Positions 48,127-57,254 of a stretch of DNA of 64,000 nucleotides are shown here, piece by piece. Position numbers and translations under genes: made by a program. Numbering within the stretch: the stretch's first letter is position 1; each line of letters starts with the position of its first letter. The notes beneath the pieces were generated by a model. The model was not told the origin of the DNA, made no database searches, and was given only the letters and a program-made list of their open reading frames with translations. Source of the DNA: a virus (taxonomy: Duplodnaviria > Caudoviricetes); the IMG/VR virus record IMGVR_UViG_3300038608_000011, positions 1 to 64,000 of that record. The stretch is one strand, 5' to 3'.

Positions 48127-49116
48127 TTATTGTTTTTGGTATTTAGCTTTAAGGATTGCAGCAGTAGCGCTTTCCTCTTGTACATCATCTACTTCGGTAT
48201 TTTTGCTCTTTTGAACAAAAAGATCGGAAGATTCTACTTTCTCTTCTTTTTCTTTCAGAGATTTCAGAACAACGTCAAAAGCTTCTTGTGGCGTAGTTTC
48301 GAGAGCTTTGAAAAGCTCTTCAGCTTTAGCAACATCTTTCTCTACAACAGCAATAGCTTCTTTGCGGGATTTGGAAACAGCTTCTGCTTTAGCTTTATCA
48401 GCTTCTGCAATTTGCTCTTTAGCTTTCTTTAGTTCTTCTTGTACAGGAGCAAGAGCATCCTCTACGGCTTTAGTGATTGCTGCTTCAAGTGCAGCCTTAG
48501 AAATAAACTCAGACATTAAGTCCTCTTCTTTTTTAATATCCACGGAGGGAGAAGGCGTGACACTTTTTAGGGTCACTGTTACGCCCTCGGCAGGTTTGCC
48601 AGAGGACTTCTTGAGAGCAACTGCTTTCGCAGTTGCGTTCTCAAAATTCTTTTCAAATATTTGTTGTACTTCTAGAATTTTCAAATAGTCTTGAGGAGAT
48701 AATTCGCCAACAGATTTCTTGATTTCATCTTGATCTTTGTCTAGAACAACAGACTTCATTACCTTGAATGCTGAAGCTCGTTCTTTAATGTTTTCTTCGT
48801 ATTCATCCATATAATCCATATGTGAAGAACTATCAAAAGCATCTGTTTCATAGCCAAAGATCATTGCAAGAACAATTGCATCTTCATACCAAAGATTGAA
48901 GAAACGAGTAAGGAAATCAACTATATTCAGTGTTACTTGAACTTCAGAAGCTTTACTTACTTCTTCTTCAGTTACATCTTTAAGACTCTTGGTTAGCAAT
49001 GTAGTATGACCATTAGCTGCACCTCCTACGCTGGGGCCGACCAGTGCTACAGCGGCACCTTCATAATCAAAATTGAAATCTGAAAGTTTACGTTTTGCTT
49101 TAATTTTTTCAGTCAT
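48127..49116 (-). CDS. Scaffold / prohead assembly protein
   Basis: VALVGPSVGGAAN N-terminus plus charged coiled-coil C-terminus. Confidence 0.65.
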   Translation of the reverse strand: MTEKIKAKRKLSDFNFDYEGAAVALVGPSVGGAANGHTTLLTKSLKDVTEEEVSKASEVQVTLNIVDFLTRFFNLWYEDAIVLAMIFGYETDAFDSSSHMDYMDEYEENIKERASAFKVMKSVVLDKDQDEIKKSVGELSPQDYLKILEVQQIFEKNFENATAKAVALKKSSGKPAEGVTVTLKSVTPSPSVDIKKEEDLMSEFISKAALEAAITKAVEDALAPVQEELKKAKEQIAEADKAKAEAVSKSRKEAIAVVEKDVAKAEELFKALETTPQEAFDVVLKSLKEKEEKVESSDLFVQKSKNTEVDDVQEESATAAILKAKYQKQ

Positions 49117-49579
49117 TTAATTTCTCCGGGCTGGCACGACATTGCACGCTAACTCCATTTATTTCATTAGATTTAACAGCTTGCCAAAGAACTTCCCCGA
49201 CTTCAGTTTCAGGGAAATACCAACTTTGAAGCCATGTCCCCTTTTTGATAATCTTATCATCAAGCATGAAATCAACAGGAGCTGTGTAGTTTTCAACTAT
49301 CTGAGCTTCTTCGGTTTCTACTTTATGAAATAGATTAGCTTTCATACAGTGTTGTCCGAAGTTATGGCAGGCCTTCTCTACTTCTTCAGCAGTATAAGTG
49401 TCGCCATGTAGATCGGTAGTTTCATCACCTTCTTGCGGCTCTAATACTACAAACAAGGCTAGGCGCTGTTCCTCATTGACCGATTTGGTAATTTGTTCAA
49501 TTGGCAAAGCTTCTTGTTCGCTAGCACCAAAATATTTCTCTATCAATTCGCCAAGAGAATCATCGAAGCTTTTCTTCAT
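49109..49579 (-). CDS. Putative prohead protease (XkdF-like)
   Basis: DLHGD.Y..EEV.KA, N..H, KGTW, INGVS. Confidence 0.7.
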   Translation of the reverse strand: MKKSFDDSLGELIEKYFGASEQEALPIEQITKSVNEEQRLALFVVLEPQEGDETTDLHGDTYTAEEVEKACHNFGQHCMKANLFHKVETEEAQIVENYTAPVDFMLDDKIIKKGTWLQSWYFPETEVGEVLWQAVKSNEINGVSVQCRASPEKLND

Positions 49580-49624
49580 ATCTTTTTCCTTCTTCGTTGC
49601 TGCTAATCCAATAAACTATAGCCA

Positions 49625-51097
49625 TCAGGAATTCTCCGTGTTACCCACCGAAGCATCGTCACTACCAACAGGGCTCGTGCTCGTACCTTCTCCAGCAGTA
49701 GTTAGTCCGTCAGCAGCGCGAGAATCATTACCTGTCAATAAACTTTCAAATTTCTCTTGATCTTCATCTGGTTCAAACTGAGCTGTCATGCCCATTTGTT
49801 CAGTAAGATAATTAACAACTTCAGGAGTCTTGGGAAGTAGACCAACACTAGCTACACGTTGTGCATACTTGGAGAGTACGTCCAGATCAACTTGTTTAAT
49901 TTCCCCAAAATCAAAATATGGTGTGACTGTTGTATCCCACCCATTTAATTGGAAAATTTGATTTACAAAATCGTGATTCAGCACATCTCGAATTTCAATC
50001 AACTTACTCTCAATCGCCATGTCTGAAATACCTTGAAGGCTTTCAGCAAGGGAGAAGCTACCACCACCACCTTGACCAAGAATCAACTGAGAAGCCATAA
50101 GGCTAGAAATTATTTCATTCTTGTATCTCTGGATGATAGAATCTACATCGTGAGCCTTTTGGCCTGAGATACTAATTACATCAAACTTGAAATATTGCTC
50201 ACCTTGATCATCCAATACTTGAGGAAGAATAAGACCAGATTGCTCATTCATGTGAAGATTGCGCATAATCTCTTTATAGTAAGCGTAAACCTGGGCATCT
50301 TCAGGACTAGCATCAGCAGCCATGTACCGAGGAGGAATATAAAGAACTTTAAGCCCCCTTAAATCTGAACTGACACCCATTGCTTCAAATTCTTCAAGGG
50401 ATGTTTTATATTTCCAAGCAGCCCAGCAACTCTTAAGAGGAGATTCACCTTCAGGGTTATCTTTTAAAAGATTATTTCTAAAAAGAATAAACTTCTTACG
50501 AGGAATGAATTCATCTTTTGAGGAACTATTTACAATGAGTTGGTCTTTACCAGAAGGCTCTACAATGTATTGCAATAGTCCTTTTAGTTTCCGTCCTTTC
50601 TCTTCCCATTGCCAACTAGAGATAGTATCTTGAGCAATGATAGGGAGGGCAGCTAGACCAACAAGACCATCATCATATTTACTGCCATTGCGTTTAAACC
50701 GTTTGCGATAAACTTTCTCATGAGCAGCAAAGCCATAACGATTAAATGTAACAGCTTGGCGAATGAAGGAGCCCCAGGTGTGGTCCATATCATTCATGCA
50801 CTGACGAAGAAATTCAGCCTTATCTTTCAGAGCATCCTCATGACCTTCTGGAATTTTAACTGTCCAGGGAACACGAGCCATAGACATTTCTACTAAGGAA
50901 AGAGCAGGTGCAATAGTTGCATCCTTTGCCATTTTCTTATAAGTACTGATGGCTTGTGGCCACCTCAATTCATGCTGACACTCTTCAAAGATACTTCCAC
51001 CAAGAGTCCAAAGACCATTGTAACTAGATTGGCCAAGTTTTAATCGAGGAATACTAGCTTCAGTCCCTTGTTGAAGAGGGGCTTGTTCGTCTGGCAT
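49625..51097 (-). CDS. Portal protein (DUF935-like)
   Basis: GFAAHEKVY, NPEGESPL, follows terL. Confidence 0.85.
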   Translation of the reverse strand: MPDEQAPLQQGTEASIPRLKLGQSSYNGLWTLGGSIFEECQHELRWPQAISTYKKMAKDATIAPALSLVEMSMARVPWTVKIPEGHEDALKDKAEFLRQCMNDMDHTWGSFIRQAVTFNRYGFAAHEKVYRKRFKRNGSKYDDGLVGLAALPIIAQDTISSWQWEEKGRKLKGLLQYIVEPSGKDQLIVNSSSKDEFIPRKKFILFRNNLLKDNPEGESPLKSCWAAWKYKTSLEEFEAMGVSSDLRGLKVLYIPPRYMAADASPEDAQVYAYYKEIMRNLHMNEQSGLILPQVLDDQGEQYFKFDVISISGQKAHDVDSIIQRYKNEIISSLMASQLILGQGGGGSFSLAESLQGISDMAIESKLIEIRDVLNHDFVNQIFQLNGWDTTVTPYFDFGEIKQVDLDVLSKYAQRVASVGLLPKTPEVVNYLTEQMGMTAQFEPDEDQEKFESLLTGNDSRAADGLTTAGEGTSTSPVGSDDASVGNTENS

Positions 51098-51144
51098 TCA
51101 AGCCTCCTTGTTTGTAATGTAATGGAGAATAAGGAATCCTCCTG

Positions 51145-53082
51145 TTAATTTCTAAAGGGATTAGGTGTTGAAAGGTCTACGGATTTGAGGCCGTGGAGGA
51201 AGTTGGGGATGTTTATTTTTTGGGCTAAAGTGATAAATGAATCACTCGTGGCGTCCACTTGCATAAAAATCTTCAACAGTGTTCGTTAATCACTGCCCGT
51301 TCACTTAGGAACTGCTGCATGTCACCATGCAGATGAGACTATATCTTCACTCTTTTCAGAGGCTCACCGCTTCGCCTCACTTGAGGCTACTCTACTCGCT
51401 TCCGTCTTTGACGTGCTTTCGATAGTCGTTACGCTTTCATGCTAATTTAATAGCAGGCTTAGCTCGGTATTGTCTACTAGAGAGGTTCACCGAGTTCAAT
51501 GAGTTTATAGACAACCAAGTTTAAAAATCGTCTTTGTTTTTGCGGCTTCCATCAAAAGACTCCAACTCCGAGAAGTATTCGTCGTTCCAAGGGCCAGTTA
51601 CATATCTAACAAGACCAGCTTCTGTTGCTGCTGCGAAAGGCTGAAATCTTATGACCTTAGATTTATTCGAAGGGCGCATTCTCGCGTAAAATCCTTCAGA
51701 AATAAGCTCTTTAATCATCATTTGACCAGCAGCTTTACCAGCTTGCCCCGGCTCTTGCGGAAGTATAATTTGAGTGCCATCAGGGTCAGAAGCAGCTGTT
51801 TCAATAATCTTCTGTAGAACTTCACCGAACCTTGCCCTAAACCTAACTACATCCTCAATGATGTAAATACCGCCTTTGGTCTTAGAGATAAGAACTCCAG
51901 CAGTCCAGTCAGGATTTGGTAGACTTTCAGATGGTAAAGAACCAGCTATATCCCATGCGCGGCAATAAGAAACAACTTCTTGTTCAAAAGGATTTATAGG
52001 TTCCCCTAGCCAGTCAGCTTTCCAATAACCGCTGGTATCCTCTCTTATATCCCAATTACCCCAAAGATCGCGTTCTTGTTTTACGCGCTTAAGGCCTTGC
52101 AAGTTTGCAAGATAACCGGGGTTGGATTTAATTAGTGGTGGATTGTCGTAGATTGTTGCTGAAATAAATTGCAAGGAAAGGGGGAGTACATGACTACCAT
52201 AAGTATCAAGAAGTTCTTGTCTACTATCAGCCCAAATCATTTCATTATTTTGACGAATAAACCAACGAATTTTACCATCCCTTTCAGGATTAGATCGGCC
52301 GGCATTTTCCTCCCCTTTGGGAATTATCCACCAGTCAATCCACTTACGAATGAAACTATCCGGGGATGGGTTGCAAGTTAGAAAGAGGTTGGGTTTCATC
52401 TTTGCTTTAGAACGCAGACGTGACAGAATAACCAAAACATGGTCTTCTATGAGCTGGGTAGCTTCGTCTATCATACAAGCCGATACCTGTCTTCCCCTCC
52501 ACTTCTCGGCGTCTTCATTTGTTTCACAGTGTCCCATGGCTACAATAGCGCCAGATGAGAATGTGAAAGTCATTGCTTTTTTATTTGGTTTTACTTTTGG
52601 ATCAAATGCTCTATATAGTCCGTATGCCTCATCAAAAAGACCACCAGCAACCATAATGCTAGTTTGTTGCTTACGAACAACATACCCCCTGTAATGAGGG
52701 TCATTAATCCATCGTAGATGTCGGAGCAGGCCGCAGTAAGATTTACCGCCACCCATTGCCTTTAAGTTATGAAGTTCGCTAAACTTCTCCACCCTTTCGG
52801 TGTGGTGTCGGACCAGCTCTTAATTCCTAAGAATTCTCTCTGTTTCAGAATCGCTTGATTCTTACTCTACTCACTTCCATCTTATGATGTGTTTTCGATG
52901 GCCTCTACGCACTGTCTTTAAACATTGGCACGGGATTGGCATAGACGTTGCCCTTAGCTTTCCCCGTTTAAAAGAGTTTTGAATGGAGGCGCAAGTTCAC
53001 CACCATATACAATTATATCTGCATCACTAGATAAGAACCATTCTTGTTTGAGGGATGCGGGTGAAAACGAATACTCGCTCAT
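51145..53082 (-). CDS. terL: Terminase large subunit, three exons: 53082-52999, 52759-51527, 51261-51145; 477 aa spliced
   Basis: Splicing restores Walker A VYGG|AMGGGKS and nuclease motif KDD|QVDA; Walker B MIDEA, LTCNP, AWDIA. Confidence 0.92.
51262..51526 (-). ncRNA. Group I intron terL-I2 (ORF-less, 265 nt)
   Basis: P GAACTCGGTGAA, Q AATACCGAGC, R GTAACGACTA, S GAAGATATAGTCT; P1 GACGAU/GUUGUC; terminal G. Confidence 0.9.
52760..52998 (-). ncRNA. Group I intron terL-I1 (ORF-less, 239 nt)
   Basis: P AAACGGGGAA, Q AATCCCGTGC, variant P7 GAGGCCA/TGGTCC; P1 AUGGUGGU/GCCUCCAU; P10 GCAA/UUGC; terminal G. Confidence 0.85.
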
Positions 53083-53816
53083 TTGTATCTCCCGTTGATC
53101 TTATCTAATGCTCTGGCATTAACTGCCCCAGCTGATTTGTTCTCATATTCTGTGACAAAAGAGCACATTTCTTTAGAGTATGTTTTGTTTCCACTGGTTT
53201 TTAGGTCTTTATCTAAGTTGTATAATGGACCGCCATTTTTACCTTCCAACCACTTTTCAAAGTTTTCAAGGGCTGGTAGATCAATGAGGAAACTTGCAAA
53301 ACAATGCCAGTTTTCAGCCACAAATGCTTCACCGTAATAACCCATATAATCTTTAGGATTATAACAACGCTTCATCATATTTGACCAAAGTTGTTTGGCA
53401 GGTTTCCAGTAAGAAACTTTATCAAATTCTCCTAGGTATCCGATATTAAGAAAACTACGTTCGTATGGATCACGAATTTTACCTTTCTTAATATTCTCAA
53501 TATAGGCTTCAGTTTCATATCCAGTATTAACAAATCTGACTTTAACTTTACCGCCACGCTTGGCAAATGCAACTAGCTTGTGGCCTGCATTACTTTCATA
53601 TTCTGCATGATATGGCTTCCATTCTCCAAGTTTCTTTTTCTTATAAATTGGATCGAGGACTTTACCAGCCACAATATTATCTATATAAGCTACCGCTTCA
53701 TGCCCTGTTTCAAGAAATTTGACTTTGAATTTCTTACCATCAACTCTTTCAATTAACTCAAGAGTACCACTTGTATTAGTTTCGAACAATTGTCCAGCTT
53801 CATATTTCTGATTCAT
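53079..53816 (-). CDS. Free-standing putative homing endonuclease coupled to terL (ATGA overlap)
   Basis: Two N-terminal KV.F..TG.E..AYI.NI..GK..DP repeats; WSNMMKRCY...W.CFASF...LDKDL core. Confidence 0.75.
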   Translation of the reverse strand: MNQKYEAGQLFETNTSGTLELIERVDGKKFKVKFLETGHEAVAYIDNIVAGKVLDPIYKKKKLGEWKPYHAEYESNAGHKLVAFAKRGGKVKVRFVNTGYETEAYIENIKKGKIRDPYERSFLNIGYLGEFDKVSYWKPAKQLWSNMMKRCYNPKDYMGYYGEAFVAENWHCFASFLIDLPALENFEKWLEGKNGGPLYNLDKDLKTSGNKTYSKEMCSFVTEYENKSAGAVNARALDKINGRYK

Positions 53817-53838
53817 AGAAATTCTCCTATGCTTTATA

Positions 53839-54048
53839 TTATTTAATAATTGCAATTACAGCTTCAGTGACCCATTCGGGGATGAAATCAAAATCAACAA
53901 GTTCTTCAGACTCTCCAATAATCTTGGTACAGAAACCAGGAGTATCAACCAAATAACAATATGTTTCTTCTTCACCGTTCGGTTGCACCAAAGAAACAAT
54001 GAGTTTTCTTGAATTTGCAATCATTTCTTCTATATCTATTTCTTTCAT
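53839..54048 (-). CDS. Hypothetical protein
   Basis: GAGAGG RBS before MKEIDI. Confidence 0.6.
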   Translation of the reverse strand: MKEIDIEEMIANSRKLIVSLVQPNGEEETYCYLVDTPGFCTKIIGESEELVDFDFIPEWVTEAVIAIIK

Positions 54049-54200
54049 TTTACATCCTCTCACTAGGGGAAACCCTTTCGGGTATAAAGGTGCACACTAT
54101 CACACTGAGTAAGCAATGTGAAGCTCTTGCAAAAGCTTTTCATGTGCATAATTTGCCTTTCGGCCAACTTTCTAGAATACTCTCTCAACTCAATAAACAA

Positions 54201-54228
54201 ATTATACCACGGAACTTCCCACTGTCAA
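54201..54228 (-). promoter_or_regulatory. Consensus sigma70 promoter upstream of the endonuclease-terL unit
   Basis: TTGACA-16 nt-TATAAT with TG extension. Confidence 0.7.
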
Positions 54229-54471
54229 GTGTTTATATAGATAAAAGTTATAAATAGTTTACTAAAAAGCTCTAATGCTCCCTTGTAAGTAAACAAATAA
54301 AGCTTTTGATAAGCTAATTAATAATAGATGCCTGCTGCTGTATTCCTGGCAGACGCAAGAAGGAGGAGACGTGACATTCCTGTCACAGCGTTACAGCTAC
54401 GCTTGAGGGAAGAACTTTCCAAAGAAAAACACTTGGCAGGAAAAGTCCCAAGTCCTCGATTTATACTGTTG

Positions 54472-56280
54472 TTAGGAGTTAGCTCTTATATCGCCCCAGT
54501 ACAGACCAGTTAAGAACGCACCATTGTTACCATTGCGCTGCACGGTAATACTCCAACGGCTGTTTTCAGTGTTACGGATGCTGAACTCAAACGACAAACG
54601 CTCATACGAGCCTGTTATGTTGAACGGAGCAGACGCTGCGTTCACGTATGTACCACCTGTACCGATGCTCTCGATGTTCAGAGTAGTTGTTCCTGTGATT
54701 AACCCAGAGCCGTTAATCTTGATAGCATCTGCATACAGTTGTGTTGGACTACCTGCTGTCGCTCGGGACACTTGCAGCACTACGCTACTTTCAGCACCTT
54801 CGATGCGGAACAGGAACCCACCCAGAGTTATCGGGGCAGATGTCACTACCGTAGCACCATTCATGGTCATACGGCGGGAGTCGGTCTCGAAGGTGCTTGC
54901 TACTGCCGAGCCATGCGAGCCGAGGGAGCGCCAGGTAGCGCCGGTAGCACCATGGGAGAACGCAGTACCAGCAGGAATAGCACTGTTCGCTATGAACAAC
55001 CCACGACCGTACAGAGGGTTACGCACGAGTGCTCCACTGTAGTATGCATCAGCCTGTACCCAATCCGACGCAGGGGCACCCCATGCACCACTACCACGTA
55101 AGACAGCGGTGTTATCACCTATGGCTGGTTTAGGAACAGCCCCAGAACGTCCGGCTGTTGTAGCTGTAGCTGCATTGAATGCTGAAAGACTGGCTCCACC
55201 ATAAAGCCTCTGTGTCCAACTCGATGCATCTGTACCTACAGGACCACCACTGGATGCGGCTGATGTATGGGCTGTTTCACAAATATACAGCCCAATATTA
55301 GCAGAGCCAATTGCAACCAAATCGTTAACAGCATATGCAGTGCTGTTAGCATATACACCACGGAAATTTAGCGGCCCTGTTGGCTCAGGCTTCCAAGTAG
55401 CCCCTGTTGTACCCCAAGCAAAGGCTGTACCTGCTGGGATAGCACCATTAGCTATTACGTTAATACCAAACCAAACTGACTTAGCTCCAGCGGGGTATTC
55501 GTAGGAAGTGTTGTAATCAACAGGGACATTACTATCAGAGAAAACTCTAACAGTAAGTTCACGCCAAGGTTGTGTAGGCTGTGAAGATGAAGCTCTTACT
55601 TTAAAGAAAGAAGCATCTTCTTTTGTAATCTTTACATTAACTACTGCACCAGTTCTTGCATCAAGAGGGTACTTGAAAGGAACATCGATAATATCCCCAG
55701 GAATACAGTTTACATCGAAAGTAAAAGAGCTAATTTCTTTACCGTCTGTATATGATGCAACCCAGCGAGCTTTACCTGTATAAGTTTCAGCAGATACAAT
55801 CTTCACACCAAATACAGAAGTGTTTGAAGCAAAAGTTGTTTGGAATGAATAATCAATCTGACCACTTGAGGCTGCTGTAGCTCCTACTGGTTGTGATGCT
55901 ATTTTGGCTTGGTATATTCTAGAAGCTGGTTGTACTACTGTAACGCCATCTGTGCTAACACCTTGCCACACAGGGAACCAATTGACACCTGTTTCTTCAT
56001 TCTTGAGGATTACATTTTCACCAGCACTACCAATGCTGTGTATTGCACCTAAGTGCAAACTGCCAACACCAGTCATGACAGATTCAGAAACTAGAGTTTG
56101 GTCAACATCAGATGTTATGAGTGAAACCCAAACACCATCAACTCTTTTCTGTACTTTAAATTTATCTTCATGAGCTGTAATACGGATAGAACCGTCTGTT
56201 AGAGCATCTCCGACTAAATATTTATCGCTGGGAGATATTCCTGACCCACCAGAACCACCGCCACCATAATGAATTGCCAT
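54472..56280 (-). CDS. Putative virion fibre/decoration protein (602 aa, mosaic)
   Basis: Ser/Thr/Gly/Ala-rich beta character; internal repeat AIPAGTAF..G.TGATW; G.GAVPKP..GD...VLRG.G.W linker. Confidence 0.55.
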   Translation of the reverse strand: MAIHYGGGGSGGSGISPSDKYLVGDALTDGSIRITAHEDKFKVQKRVDGVWVSLITSDVDQTLVSESVMTGVGSLHLGAIHSIGSAGENVILKNEETGVNWFPVWQGVSTDGVTVVQPASRIYQAKIASQPVGATAASSGQIDYSFQTTFASNTSVFGVKIVSAETYTGKARWVASYTDGKEISSFTFDVNCIPGDIIDVPFKYPLDARTGAVVNVKITKEDASFFKVRASSSQPTQPWRELTVRVFSDSNVPVDYNTSYEYPAGAKSVWFGINVIANGAIPAGTAFAWGTTGATWKPEPTGPLNFRGVYANSTAYAVNDLVAIGSANIGLYICETAHTSAASSGGPVGTDASSWTQRLYGGASLSAFNAATATTAGRSGAVPKPAIGDNTAVLRGSGAWGAPASDWVQADAYYSGALVRNPLYGRGLFIANSAIPAGTAFSHGATGATWRSLGSHGSAVASTFETDSRRMTMNGATVVTSAPITLGGFLFRIEGAESSVVLQVSRATAGSPTQLYADAIKINGSGLITGTTTLNIESIGTGGTYVNAASAPFNITGSYERLSFEFSIRNTENSRWSITVQRNGNNGAFLTGLYWGDIRANS

Positions 56281-56292
56281 GTCTCTTTCTCC

Positions 56293-56565
56293 TTAAGCTG
56301 TCTGAACACTTAGTTTGCAGCTAAAAGCAGCAGCTCTTGCAAACAAGCCTGCTTCACCAGCGTCAACTGTAAGTATTTCTAAAGGAGAAACAACCACACC
56401 ATCCTCACTTGTGGCAGAAGGTAGGGTGGCTGTAGTTTGGAGAAAGACTGAAAAGTTACCTTTGTTTTGCAAAACTACCGATGTTCCTACTGCAATCCCC
56501 GTTGCTGTGTAGACGTTAGTATATGCTGTGTTTTGTACTGTAATGTCAGGTATGGTCGTTGCCAT
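56293..56565 (-). CDS. Small putative virion decoration protein (90 aa)
   Basis: Resembles the N-terminus of ORF 57247-58083. Confidence 0.5.
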   Translation of the reverse strand: MATTIPDITVQNTAYTNVYTATGIAVGTSVVLQNKGNFSVFLQTTATLPSATSEDGVVVSPLEILTVDAGEAGLFARAAAFSCKLSVQTA

Positions 56566-56678
56566 GGAACACCTTTATTTTTAATTGTTATGAGGTGTCT
56601 TTTTCAAGGTTGCTTTAAGACAGGTAGACTTTCCTGTCTACTTATTAGCTAGCCTTGGTCTAGCGTTTTACTTGTGTA

Positions 56679-57254
56679 CTAAGCTACGCGCTTGTTAGCG
56701 CGTACATACCAACCATTAACTACTACAGTAGCTGCTGCATCAGATTTTATCTTAAACAGGGCTGGATTATTATAGGTGTTTGTGTCGCCCATATAGATGC
56801 TATTAAATTCTATGAATCGTCTTGTACCAGAAGCCTTGAATACTTTCTCTACGGCCCATGGTATTTGATACTCACCGCCTGTTCCAGCAGCCAAGAATAG
56901 AGCAATATCAAAAGCTTGGTTTGCTGTTGTGCTGGTAAGAACCAGATCAAGACGTATATCTACAGTATCACCCAGAGCAAGGGATGTCCAGTTAAAACGC
57001 TGTGTGCCGGTAAACCAAAGATTGGGAACGCCGGGAAGTGAATAAGTGGTATTAGTAAAAGAACCAGCAGCATCATTTGTAAGATTAACAAATGTGCCGG
57101 GGGTTGGAAGGCTGATAGGTGTAGTTGTTGTAGCCAAGTCATTATAATCATATACACCAGCTTGTACCTTATCGTACAATTCTGTGTAATTTGAATTATG
57201 AAGAGCTGCAATAGAGGACCATAGTCCACTGTTTGGAACTGTCTGTTTAGCCAA
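56679..57254 (-). CDS. Putative virion protein (191 aa)
   Basis: Beta-rich jelly-roll-like composition. Confidence 0.55.
   Translation of the reverse strand: MAKQTVPNSGLWSSIAALHNSNYTELYDKVQAGVYDYNDLATTTTPISLPTPGTFVNLTNDAAGSFTNTTYSLPGVPNLWFTGTQRFNWTSLALGDTVDIRLDLVLTSTTANQAFDIALFLAAGTGGEYQIPWAVEKVFKASGTRRFIEFNSIYMGDTNTYNNPALFKIKSDAAATVVVNGWYVRANKRVA

Noticed and set aside
52760-52792. terL start at MEKFSELHNLK
   Set aside because: These residues are read-through of intron 1 sequence; the true Walker A needs exon 1.
53079-53855. Endonuclease as an intron-encoded ORF inside terL
   Set aside because: The terL start (ATG 53082) overlaps this ORF's stop and exon 1 lies downstream, so the endonuclease is free-standing upstream.
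54100-54170. c-di-GMP-I riboswitch (GGCAAA...GAAA...GCAA words present)
   Set aside because: The segments flanking GAAA do not pair as that aptamer requires; kept only as an unclassified structured RNA.
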